Source: an uncultured delta proteobacterium (GTDB lineage: Bacteria > Myxococcota_A > Polyangia > Palsa-1104). Taken from it: a stretch of DNA of 64,000 nucleotides. Of the stretch, positions 41,152 through 53,238 are shown one piece after another. Each line of letters opens with the position of its first letter. The stretch's first letter is position 1. Made by a program: the position numbers and the translations under genes. Below the pieces are notes generated by a model, which worked only from the letters and a program-made list of their open reading frames with translations, had not been told where the DNA came from and searched no databases. The stretch is from NCBI GenBank assembly GCA_963816965.1, contig CAWFMP010000002.1, positions 3,796,313 through 3,860,312 on the forward strand. Reading direction: 5' to 3'.

Positions 41152-42822
41152 TGCGGCACCCGCGGTCCGTGCGCGGCCGAAAACGCGATCGCCTCGTGGT
41201 AGCCCGCGTCGGCGTGGCGGAGCACGCCCATCGCCGGATCGGTCGTGAGCACGCGCTCGAGGCGCCGCGCCGCGCGCGTCGCGTGCCGTCGGCGACGACG
41301 ACCATGCCCGCGTGCTGCGAGTAGCCGATGCCGACGCCGCCGCCGTGGTGGACGCTGACCCAGGTCGCGCCCGCGGCGCTGTTGACCAGCGCGTTCAGGA
41401 TGGCCCAGTCGGCGATGGCGTCGGAGCCGTCCTTCATCGCCTCGGTCTCGCGGTTCGGCGACGCCACCGAGCCGCAGTCGAGGTGATCGCGGCCGATGAC
41501 GATCGGCGCCTTGACCTTGCCCGTGCGCACCAGCTCGTTGAACGCCAGGCCGGCGCGGTCGCGCTCGCCGTAGCCGAGCCAGCAGATGCGCGCCGGCAGC
41601 CCCTGGAACTGCGACGCGCTCGCCGGCCAGCTGCGATCCAGCGGTGCAGATGCGGCGTCGTCGGGGAACAGCTCGAGGACCGCGCGTCGGTGACGCGCGA
41701 TGTCGTCCGGATCGCCCGAGAGCGCCACCCAGCGGAACGGCCCCTTGCCCTCGCAGAAGAGCGGGCGGATGTACGCCGGCACGAAGCCCGGGATCGTCGA
41801 AGCGCGTCGTCGACGCCGGCCGTCAGCGCGCCTGGCCGCGCAGGTTGTTGCCGTAGTCGAAGACGTGCGCGCCGCGCTTCTTCAGCGTCGAGCATCGCGC
41901 GCGACCTGCTCGGCCATCGGCGCGCGCGCGCGCTCGACGTACTCCTGCGGATCGCGCGCGCGCAGCTCGGCGGCCTGCGCCGAGCTCGACGCCCGGCCGG
42001 CACGTAGCCGCGCAGCGGATCGTGCGCCGAGGTCTGGTCGGTGACGAGATCGGGCACGACGCCGCGCCGCACCAGCTCGGGCAGGACGTCGGCGGCGTTG
42101 CCCTCGAGCCCGACGGAGAGGGCGCGCCCCTCCTTGCGCGGCGCGCTCGCAGCGGCGCGAGCGCGTCGTCGAGATCGCGCGCCTGCTCGTCGAGGTAGCG
42201 CGTCTCGAGGCGCCGCTGCGATGCGCGCCGGATCGACCTCGACGCCGAGGAAGACGCCGCCGCCATCGTCACCGCGAGCGGCTGCGCGCCGCCCATGCCG
42301 CCGAGGCCCGCCGGTGACGACGAAGCGTGCCCTGCAGATCGGCGCCGGGCCCGTAGTGCCGCGCGCGGCCGCGGCGAAGGTCTCGTAGGTGCCCTGCAGG
42401 ATGCCCTGCGTGCCGATGTAGATCCACGAGCCCGCGGTCATCTGGCCGTACATGATGAGGCCCGCCTTCTCGAGCTCGCGGAACTTGCTCCCAGGTCGCC
42501 CAGTGCGGCACGAGGTTGGAGTTGGCGATGAGCACGCGCGGCGCGTCGGCGTGGGTCTTGAAGCACGCCGACCGGCCTTGCCCGACTGCACGAGCAGCGT
42601 CTCGTCGTCGCCGAGCGCTTCGAGCTCGCGCACGATCACGTCGAACGCCTCCCACGTGCGCGCCGCCTTGCCGGTGCCGCCGTAGACGACGAGATCCTCC
42701 GGGCGCTCGGCGACCTCGGGATCGAGGTTGTTCATGAGCATGCGCAGGGCGGCCTCCTGCACCCAGCCCTTGCAGCGGAGGGTCGTGCCGCGCGGCGCGC
42801 GAATTGTGCGAGGTTGCGACAT
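41141..42822 (-). pseudogene. hutU: Urocanate hydratase with multiple frame interruptions
   Basis: [12 protein letters not shown]…LLVQSGK N-terminus, [40 protein letters not shown], …[23 protein letters not shown] and tail …[22 protein letters not shown] found in different frames. Confidence 0.75.
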
Positions 42823-42875
42823 GGCGGGCACAGTAGCAGGGTAGAATGCCTCAGGGAACGATCGATGGACTGGCG

Positions 42876-43649
42876 ATGAACTGGTACCTGGCAGATCTGG
42901 TCGTCCGCTTCGACGTGCAAGACGATCCGCGCGGCGTCGTGCACATCAATCGCTGTCTGGTCGAGGCGAACGACGCCGAAGAGGCCTATGTCAAGGCGAT
43001 GGCGCTGGGGCGGGAGTACGATCAGCAGTACCCCAACCCCGCGGGCAAGCAGGTGCGCGGGCGCTTCCTCGGGCTGTTCGATCTGCTCGAGATCTACGAG
43101 CCGCTCGAGGACGGCTCGGAGATCGCCTACGAGGAGCGCATCGGCATCAGCGACATCGAGGCGCGGCGAATGGTCTCGGCGCGCGAGCAGCTGGGCGTGT
43201 TTCGCAAGGAGTTCCCGTCGGCACCGCCCGACTACTCGGCGGCCGACATCATCGCCGAGGTCGACGACATCCTGCCGCCGCGCGTGGCCAGCATCCATCA
43301 CGCGCAGATCATGATTCCCCCAGGCGGCGAGGCGGCGGCGCGCAAGTTCTACGGTGAGCTGCTCGGCATGGCCGAGGTGGACAAGCCGCCCCTGTTGCGC
43401 GCCCGCGGCGGTCTATGGATGCAGGCCGGTGACCGCCAGCTGCACATCGGCGTCGAGGAGCCCGGCGTCGATCGCAAGAGCACGCGCGCTCACGTCGCCT
43501 ACGAGGTCACCAAGCTCGACGCCTGGCGGACCAAGATCGAGGCGGCGGGCGTCGCCATCGTCGACGGCGACCGCGTGCCCGGGCTGCGTCGCTTCGAGCT
43601 GCGCGATCCGTTCGGCAACCGCATCGAGCTGGTGGAGCGCGAGCGCTGA
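42876..43649 (+). CDS. DUF4288-like N-terminal domain fused to VOC/glyoxalase-family domain
   Basis: Track ORF 42846..43649; likely start MNWYLADLVVRF; C-terminal half resembles vicinal-oxygen-chelate fold (…HHAQIMIPPGGE…HVAYEV…PFGNRIELVE). Confidence 0.55.
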   Translation: MNWYLADLVVRFDVQDDPRGVVHINRCLVEANDAEEAYVKAMALGREYDQQYPNPAGKQVRGRFLGLFDLLEIYEPLEDGSEIAYEERIGISDIEARRMVSAREQLGVFRKEFPSAPPDYSAADIIAEVDDILPPRVASIHHAQIMIPPGGEAAARKFYGELLGMAEVDKPPLLRARGGLWMQAGDRQLHIGVEEPGVDRKSTRAHVAYEVTKLDAWRTKIEAAGVAIVDGDRVPGLRRFELRDPFGNRIELVERER

Positions 43650-43650
43650 G

Positions 43651-43735
43651 CGCGCGGACTGGCGCAATGCTGTTCACTCTGGCCGGCCCGCTACGATTCG
43701 GCCACAGAGAACGGCATTGCGGCTAGTACCTCGCC
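43651..43735. repeat. Palindromic intergenic element related to 25271..25357
   Basis: Imperfect hairpin CGCAATGCtGTTCaCTCTG / CAGAGaACgGCATTGCG plus shared GAACGGC(A/G)TTGC(G/C)GCTAG block. Confidence 0.35.
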
Positions 43736-43888
43736 ACAGTGATTTTGATTGGTATCCGCCGAGGATTCGGCGCCCAGGGCGAGGCGCGACGACGAGGGAA
43801 TACTGTCTGTATTTCGAGGAGGAGCAACGAAGCCATGGGCGTCGAGGACCGGCGCAGACCGGTCGAAATCACTGTGGCGAGGTACTAG
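43723..43888. repeat. 23-bp perfect inverted repeat with 120-nt spacer in convergent intergenic region
   Basis: CTAGTACCTCGCCACAGTGATTT (43723..43745) and exact reverse complement (43866..43888); right arm overlaps GMC stop codon. Confidence 0.5.
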
Positions 43889-45397
43889 GCGCAGAGCCGG
43901 GTCGATGCCACGGTCGCGACGCTCATGATCGAGTGCTGCGGGTTGACGCCGGTGTTGGTGGGAAACACGCTGGCGTCCATGACGTAGAGGCCGTCGACGC
44001 CGTGGACCTTGAGCGTCGGGTCGACCACGCTGGTGGCGGCGTCGCGCCCGGCGCGGCAGCCGCCGAACAGGTGCGTCATGACCAGGCTGTAGGCGCGCGG
44101 ATCGAGCGGCGCGGCGTCGAACGCCGGCAGCTGGTCGGGCGAGGTCAGCGTCTCGGGTAGCCCGGCGATGCCGGTGACCACCTCACGCGCGCCGGCGGCG
44201 AAGTGCATCTCGGCGAGCGTGCGCATGGCGCTGCGCAGCCGCTCCAGATCGCCGGGCAGCAGATCGTAGCGCACGTAGTCGCCAAACAGCAGCGACGGGC
44301 GCACGCTGCCCTCGGCCGCGGCTTTGAGCGCCACCGCCCAGTTGGCCACGTGCGGCAGCTCCGCCAGACGCTGAGCGAAGCGCGCCCCGACGCCGGGGAG
44401 GCGCGCCGCGGTCACCTCCGGCGGTACGTTGATCGTCTCGAACTTCACGCCCAGGGTGTCGCGCAGGCCGAACGCTTCGTAGCCTTGCGAGGCGCCGGTC
44501 CAGGAGTCGACGCGCGACGGGTACAGGCCCATCAGCGCCGTGCCCGGGTGGGCCATGAAGTGCCGGCCCAGGTGCGCGGAGCGGACCCCCGAGCGCCACA
44601 AGAGGTTCGACGATTGGATGCAGCCGCCGGCGACGATGACGGCGCGGCGCGCGGCGACGCGGAAGCGCTGGCCGCGCTCGGGCCCGTCGCCGCCGAAGCG
44701 GCCGCGCACGGCGACGGCGCGCCCGCCCGCCCGTTCGATGCGCTCGACGCGCGCGTCGGCGACCACGAAGCCGCCGTCGGCGACGGCGCGCCGGAGCGAC
44801 GTCACCGCGGTCGACTGCTTGGCCTCGTGCGGGCAGCCATGGAAGCAGCGGCTGGAGCCGCGGCAGCCGCGCTCGTAGCGATGGATGAAGCGTCCTTCGA
44901 TGCCCACCTCTTTGGCGCCGGCGCGCAACAGCAGAATCCGACTTGCTCGCCGTCACCCCTTCGACGACGGCGCGTTCCGACAGCTCCTCTTCGATACGCG
45001 CCGCCGCCGCGTCGAGCGCCGCCTCGGGCAGCGCCTCGGCGAGCCCGAAGTCGCGGTGCCACAGCGCCAGCACCTTGGGCGGCAGCCGCCACACGATCGC
45101 CGAGTTGACGAACGTGGTGCCGCCGACGCAGCGCCCCTGCAGGATCGGCGTGGTCGCGCGCCCGAAGGCCGCCTGCTTGCCCTGGTAGCGAAAGAGCCGA
45201 TTGCGCGTCGCCCCTTCGGAGACGCCGAGCTCGTCGGTGCGCAGCCGCGGCCCCTCCTCGAGCACCACCACGCGCGCACCCGAGGCGGCCAGCACGCGCG
45301 CCGCCGCGCCGCCGCCGGCGCCGGAGCCGACGATCACGAAGTCGGCCTCTTCGAGCGGCAGCCCGGCGCTCCCGCCGTCGACGAAGGCGCCGCTCAT
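43885..45397 (-). CDS. GMC-family FAD oxidoreductase, one frameshift near 44940
   Basis: N-terminus MSGAFVDGGSAGLPLEEADFVIVGSGAGGG (Rossmann GxGxxG) in one frame (inside track ORF 44183..46357); C-terminal 347 aa in track ORF 43885..44928. Confidence 0.7.
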
Positions 45398-46385
45398 GAC
45401 GACGCGCTCCGCTTGCCCAGCGTCATCGGCGGCGGCAGGCGGTAGGCGCCGAGCCCGGCCAGCGTCGCCTCGTCGCCGAGCAGGAGCGTGCAAATCGCCA
45501 GCTTCAGAAAGAGCCCGGTCATGCGCACGGTGTAGCGCGGGTGCTTGAGCAGGCGCTCGAGCAGCGCCACGCGCGTGGCGCCGTCGAGACCGCCGAAGGT
45601 GCGCACGCGCCCCAGGAGCCACAGCGGCGCCAGCCAGGTCAGCCACAGCGACGCGCGAAACAGCGATCCCCACGTACCAGGGCGAGATCGCGCACTCGTC
45701 GGCGTAGCGGGTCCCGAGATCGATCGCATCCAGCGCGCCGCCGAGCGCACCCTCGGGGACGAGCGTCCGCGCGATCGTCGCCGCCCAGCGCTGCTCGAAC
45801 GGCAGCAGCGTCACGCTGGCCCGAGCAGCGCCGCGAGCGCGCGCCACACCGCCCGACGAAACTCGGCGTCCTTCTCGATCAGCGCCACCCGCTTTTGCAC
45901 GACGTCGACGTCGAGGTAGAGCTCGCCGCCCGGGCAGAAGAGCTTGAGGTGCAGCTTGCGCGGGTAGGTCGAGTCGCCGTCCCGCGTCACCAGGAGCGCC
46001 GCGAAGCGCGCCTCGCCGCCGGTGCGCTCCTTGTGAAACATCTGCTTCCAACGCGAGCGCGCGGGCGGGATCTCCTGCTCGAGCACGACCGCGGCCGCCT
46101 GCACGAAGCGCTCGGTCGCTTCGCCCACCGACGACAACACGACCGCGTCGGCCTGCACGTGCGCCAGCGGATTGACCGCGCCGGCGACGCGTGACGGCTG
46201 CAGCCCGCCGGCGATGTGCAGGCCGAAGGCCGCCTCGCCGCCTTCGAACTTGTTGCGCGCGACGGCGTTGACACTGCCGTCGGTACCGAGCTCGAGCGCG
46301 TCGGCGGCCATCACCAGCTTCGCGACGTCGTCCTCGGGCACGGGCAGACGATAGCACACAGACATTTCAACCAAGCTTCGCGCGC

Positions 46386-46389
<4 letters not shown>
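45394..46389 (-). CDS. Hypothetical protein upstream of and translationally coupled to GMC oxidoreductase (frame interrupted)
   Basis: Pieces in three frames: MSARSLVEMSVCYRLPV… (45811..46389), …SVTLLPFEQRWAATIARTLVPEG…, and C-terminal …LLERLLKHPRYTVRMTGLFLKL…TLGKRSASS* whose TGA overlaps GMC ATG. Confidence 0.35.
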
Positions 46390-47920
<1,531 letters not shown>

Positions 47921-48026
47921 GCGCGCTGTTGGTAGCCGAGCCCTAACCCGCCGTCAAGAACGGCAAATCCGGTTGATCGTCGGCGGCGAACTCATATAAT
48001 GGAGGACCGAGGACCCGCGCCCACCC

Positions 48027-51000
48027 ATGTCCACACAGAAGGACGGCACCATGGTGCCGCCACCGGACGCAATCGAACGTGACGACTCCGACGTGACTGA
48101 CGTCAAGGGTCTACCGTCGATCTCGGCCGCGGAGGACGACCAGGAGGACGTGGTCACCCACGTCAAGCCGGTCGACGGGGCCGAGGCGCAGGCCGAGCCG
48201 CCGACCCAGCGCCGCCTCGATCTGCCGCCCCGCCTGCCGGGCGTGCCGGCGTCGGTCGCCGAGCTGGAGCCGGAGCTGGAGCCGGGGCCCGAGCCCGAGC
48301 CCGAGCCCGAGCGCCGAGCCCGAGCCCGAGCCCGAAGAGGAGATCCAGACCGTCGATGACGCCGACGTGGAGACCGTCGAGGACGACGCGGTCCTGGAGG
48401 AGGAGCTGGCGGAGGAGCCGCCGGTCCTGCCGGGGGCGCTCGAGCTCGCGCTGGCCGACGCCCAGGGCCGGGGGGCCGAGGACGCCCACCTGCGCCTGCT
48501 GGCGCTATACGAGCGCGAGCTCGCGGCGCTGGCGCACGGCGAGCCGGAGAAGGCGCGCAGCGCCCTCTATCAGCACGAGATCGGCGAGCTGACCGAGTCC
48601 CGGGCTGGCGACGAGGGCGCCGCGGTCAAGGCCTACGCCAAGGCGCTGCAGTCGGACGCGACCCTCAAGCCCAACCTATGGGCGATCCGCCGCGTCTTTC
48701 AGCGGCGGGCGTTGTGGCCGAACCTGCAGAAGCTGCTCGACGCCGAGATCCGCTTCGCCAAGACGCCCGAGGAGAAGGCGGAGCTGTACGTCGAGAAGGG
48801 CGAGCTGCTCGAGGACCGCCTCAAGGATGCGGTCGGCGCGCTCGACTGCTTCAATCGCGCGGTGGAGGCGGCGCCGGCGTCGTTGCCGGCATGGATGGCG
48901 CTGGAGAAGATCCATGCGCGCGCGCGTGACCTCGGCAACCTGGCCCGCGTCTGGCGCGGCATGGCCGATGCCACCGCCGAGCCGGCGCGCAAGGTGGCGC
49001 TGCTGATCGATCTGGCGCGCTTGCAGGAGTCGATCGGCGGCGGCCCGACCGAGGCGCGGGCGATCCTGCAAGAGGCGCTGGCCGTGGGGGCCGACGGCAA
49101 CCGCGTGCTCGACGAGCTGGAGCGCTTCGCCGAGCGCAGCGGCGATCGGGAGGAGCTGCTGGCGGTGCTCGACGAGCGGGCGCGGCGGTTGACCGCGCAG
49201 CTGGGCGAGATGGCGATCGAGCAACGCTTGCACGCCAGCGAGCGGCTGGTGGCGATCCGCTGGCGACAGGCCGGGCTGGCGCGCGAGCGCGGCGACGGTG
49301 AGGGTGCGTGGAGCTACCTGCAGGCGGCGCTGGCCGCGGCGCCGGGCGAGCCGCTCATCGTGCGCGCCTTGTCGGAGCTGGCCGAGTCGCTCGGCCGCTG
49401 GGACGAGCTCAGCGATCTGCTCGCCGGGCGCGTCGAGACGGCGCCGGCGTCGCGCAAGATCGCGCTGCGGCTCGAGCGCGCCGAAGCGCTGCGGCGCGCC
49501 GGCAAGGCGTCCGAGGCGGACGCGGTGGAGAACGAAGTGGCCCGCGACGAGCCGGGGCACCTCGGCCTGGCCATCGCACGCGAGCGCGCGGCGCTTCAGG
49601 CGCGCGACTGGGAGAAGCTGGCCGCGCTGTACACGGCGGAGGCCGAGCTGGCGAACTCCGATGGCACGCCGACCGGCACGCCCGATCCCGCGTGGGCGGC
49701 GACGGCGCTGGTGCAGGCGGCGGCAGCGTATGATCACCTGGGGCGCGAGGCGGAGGCGCACAAGGCGCTCGAGGATGCGCGCAAGCTGGTGCCGCACTTC
49801 GCGCCCGCCGTCGATGCGCTGGAGCGCATGTACGCGCGCGCCGGCAAGCACGCCGAGTACGCGGCGCTCGTCGAGGCGGAGCTGACGGCGAATCCGTCGC
49901 GGGCGCGCGCCGAGCAGCTCCTGGTGACCCTGGCCGCGGAGCGCGAGGCGCTCGATGACCTGCCGGGCGCGGCGCAGGCGGCGCGGCGGCTGGTCGAGCT
50001 CCTGCCCGACGACGTGCGCGCGCGCGTGCGCCTCTACGAGCTCGATCGCGCGGCGCAGAAGCTGGCCGAGGCGTCGGACGATCTGGGCCAGCTGGCGAAG
50101 CTGTTGCCCGAGGATCGCCGCATCGACACGCTGCTCGAGCGCGCCGATCTGCTCGAGCACCGGCTGAACGATCCGCTCGGTGCCGCCGCCGCTTATCGCG
50201 AGGCGCTGGCGCTGCGGCCCGGCGATCCGCGCGCGACCGACGCGTTCGAGCGCCTGTCGCGGCGGCGCGCCAAAGAGTCGGGGCCGCACGACCAGCCGTC
50301 ACGGGAGGCGTGGGACGAGCTGGCCGCCGCCCTGCAGCGCGAGGCGCAGGCCTCGCTCGCCCCCGAGCGCATCGCCAACGCGCTGCTCAAGCTGGGCGAG
50401 ATCCACGAGCGCGAGCGCGGCAACTTCGTCGATGCGGCGCAGGCCTATCGCGATCTGCTGGAGCGGGTGCCGGGGCACGCGGCGGCGCTGCGCGGTCTGG
50501 GGCGCGCCTATGCGGCGCTCGGCGACGACGCCAAGCGCGCCGAGGCGCTCGCCGACGAGGTCGAGGCGCTCAAGGAGTCGGCCCGTGGCGAGGCGCTCTT
50601 GCGGCTCGGCGAGCTCTACGAGGACACGCTCGCCAAGCCCGATCGCGCCGACGAGGCCTATGGACGCGCGCTCGAGCTCGGCGCCGACCCGCACGCCGCG
50701 CTCGGCCGCCTGCGCACGGCGGTACGCGCGCGCGAGCCGCTGGCGCTGGCAGAGGCCATCGCGCGCTTGGAGCCGCTCGTGTTCGGCGATGGCGCCGGCG
50801 CCGCCGCGCGCGCCGTCCTCATCGAAGAGCGCGCCGATCTGGCGCACAAGGCCGGCGACGTCGACGGCGCGCTCGCCCGTACCGACGAGGCCATCGAGCT
50901 CGATCCGGCGGCGCGGCTGCCGTGGCTGGAGCGGGCGCGGCTGTCGGCGCAGGGCGGGGAGGTCGCCGCGCTCGGCGATGCGCTCGAGGCGCTGGCGCAG

Positions 51001-53238
51001 CGCTCGTCGGAGCCGGCGTTGCAGTCGGCGCTGCAGCGGCGCGCCGGCCTGTTGGCGCTGTCGTCAGGCTCGCGGGCGACGCGCACCGCCGAGGCGGCCG
51101 AGCGGCGCCTGCGTCAAGCGTTGGCGCTGACACCGTCGGATACGACGTCGCTGGTCGCGCTGTGCGCGGTGGTCGCCGACCCCGATGCGCTCGGTGCGCG
51201 GGCCAAGCTCGCCGAAGGCGCGGCGCAGCTCGAGTGGCACGTCGAGCACGGCGAGGCGCTGGAAGCGGCGGGGCGCCTCGGCGAATCGGCGCAAGCGGCC
51301 AGCCGCGCCCTCGAGCTCGACGCGCATCATCTCGGCGCGCTCGAGCTGGCACGGCGGCTGGCGCGCGCCGGTGCTGACGACCGCGCCTATGCGGTGGCGA
51401 CGGCGCGGCTGGCGGCCGAGGTGCTCGAGGGCGAACGCGCCGCGGGCTTCTATCGCGAAGCGGCCGAGACCTTCGAGCGCGCCGGGGCGCGGCGCGAAGC
51501 GGCCGGCGCCTGGCGGGCGGTGCTGGATCGCACGCCGCTCGACGGAGCCGCCGCCACCCGCGCGCGCGAGCTGCTGGCCGCGCTCTACGCTGAGGACCGC
51601 GATCCGGGGCCGCTGGTCGAGCTGTTCACGCACCGGCTCGATCACGTCCGCGGCGGCGACGATCGGGTCCGCCTCTACCTCGACCGCGCCACGCTCTTCT
51701 TCGACGGCGGCGATCGCGACAGCGCCGAGAGGGATCTGCGCTCGGCGCTCGACCTCGACCCCGATGAGCTCGAAGCGCTGCGGCGCCTCGCCGAGCTCGT
51801 GGGCGCCAAGCCGGACGGACGCGACGAAGCGATCGAGCTGTTCTGCCGCTTCCTCGAGGGCGAGGACGACCGGGAGCGCCGCCGCGCGGCGCTGCAGCGG
51901 CTCGCCGATCTCTATGAGCACGCGGGCCGGGTCGACGACGCGGTGGCGCGGCTGGAGGAGGCGGTCAAGCTGGCGGCGCGGCCGGGCGACGCGCGCCCCG
52001 AGCAGGAGAAGCTGGCGCAGCTCCTGGTGCGGCAGCGGCAGTGGCAGCACGCCGTCGACGCCCTGCGGCGCCTGAGCGAGCTCGTCGACCCGGGCCGGGA
52101 GCGGGCGGCGGTCGAGATCCGCATGGCCGCGATCTACCGGGAAGGCTTCTCCGATCCGCGCGCGGCGGTGGAGGCGCTCCTGCGGGCGCTGCGCAGCGAT
52201 CCACTGTCGATGGAGGCGCTGGCCAAGCTGATGCCGCTCGCCGAAGCGGGCCACGTGCTCACCATCGAGCTTGAGGAGAAATTGGAGCGCGCCATCGAGA
52301 GCGCCCGCGCCCAGGCGGTCTCGTCGCCGCTGGGCGAGCTGCCCTATCAGCAGCTGACGCGGCTGTGGGCCTGGCGCGGCGACGACGACTCGCGGCTCGT
52401 CTCGGCGCAGGCGGAGGCGCTGGCCGCCGGGCGGGCGCCGCCGGTGCGCGAATCGGCCGTGGAGCCGGCCAAGGAGCTGTCGGCGCAGTCGTGGGAGCGC
52501 ATCTGGCCCGAGACCGCGCGTTCGGTGGCGCTCGAGGTCTGGCGCGCCGCGGCCGAGGCCGCCGCGGAGCTGTACGGTCCGTCGCTGGAGTCGCTCGGCG
52601 TCGGCAAGCGCGAGCGCGTCAACGCCAAGGGGACGCCGCTGGCCTGGATCCCGATCGACAAGATCGCACGCAGCCTCTGTGGCTCGCACTTCGCCTACGA
52701 GCTGTACGCGTCGCCCAAGGCCGATCTGTGTGTGACCACGGGCAACGCCCTGGTGTGCGGCAGCGTGTTCACCGACCGGCTGTCACCGTCGCTGCGCTTC
52801 CGCGTCGCACGGCGGATTGCGCTGATGCGCGAGCGGCTCGGGCCGCTGGAGGCGATCGAGGACGACGAGCTGGCGCTGTTCTTCGCCGCCTGCGCACGCG
52901 TCGCCGAGCTGCCGACGCCGCCGGCGCTGGCGGCGCTGCCGCAGGCGCGCGTCGACGAGCGGGCCAAGACGCTCGGCAAGGCGCTCGCGCGCCGGGACCG
53001 AAAGGCGCTGCAGGCGATTGGCGGGCGCATGGCGACGCTGCCGCCGCCCGCCCAGTGGCGGCAAGCAGTGCTCGAGGGTGTGGCCCGGGCAGCGCTGGCG
53101 GTGGGTGGGGATCTGGTGGCTGCGTTCGGCGAGCTGTCGGTCACGATGTCCAAGGATCGACTGGCGCAGGTGCTCACGACGTTCGCCGTGTCGGACGATT
53201 TCCGCGTGCTTCGGCGCGACATGGGACTGAAGGGATGA
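48027..53238 (+). CDS. Giant TPR-repeat protein (~1,737 aa), single frame change inside (EP)n repeat near 48300
   Basis: Acidic N-terminus MSTQKDGTMVPPPDAIERDDSD… then ELEPELEPGPEPEPEPE; continues as PEPEPEEEIQTVDDADV… in track ORF 48367..53238 (1623 aa of TPR-like helical repeats). Confidence 0.7.

Noticed and set aside
43741-43885. Weak similarity between the 27.3-kb AT-rich region and 43.74-43.88 kb (GATTTTNATT … CCGCCGAG(A/G)ATTCG … GAAATC)
   Set aside because: Short scattered matches only; these could easily be chance. They are not claimed as a repeat family.
44183-46357. 724-aa minus ORF treated as one gene
   Set aside because: Only its middle section (GMC N-terminus) and one segment of the upstream hypothetical gene are genuine in this frame. 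The remainder is alternate-frame noise. It is resolved instead into GMC oxidoreductase (43885..45397) plus the upstream frame-interrupted gene.
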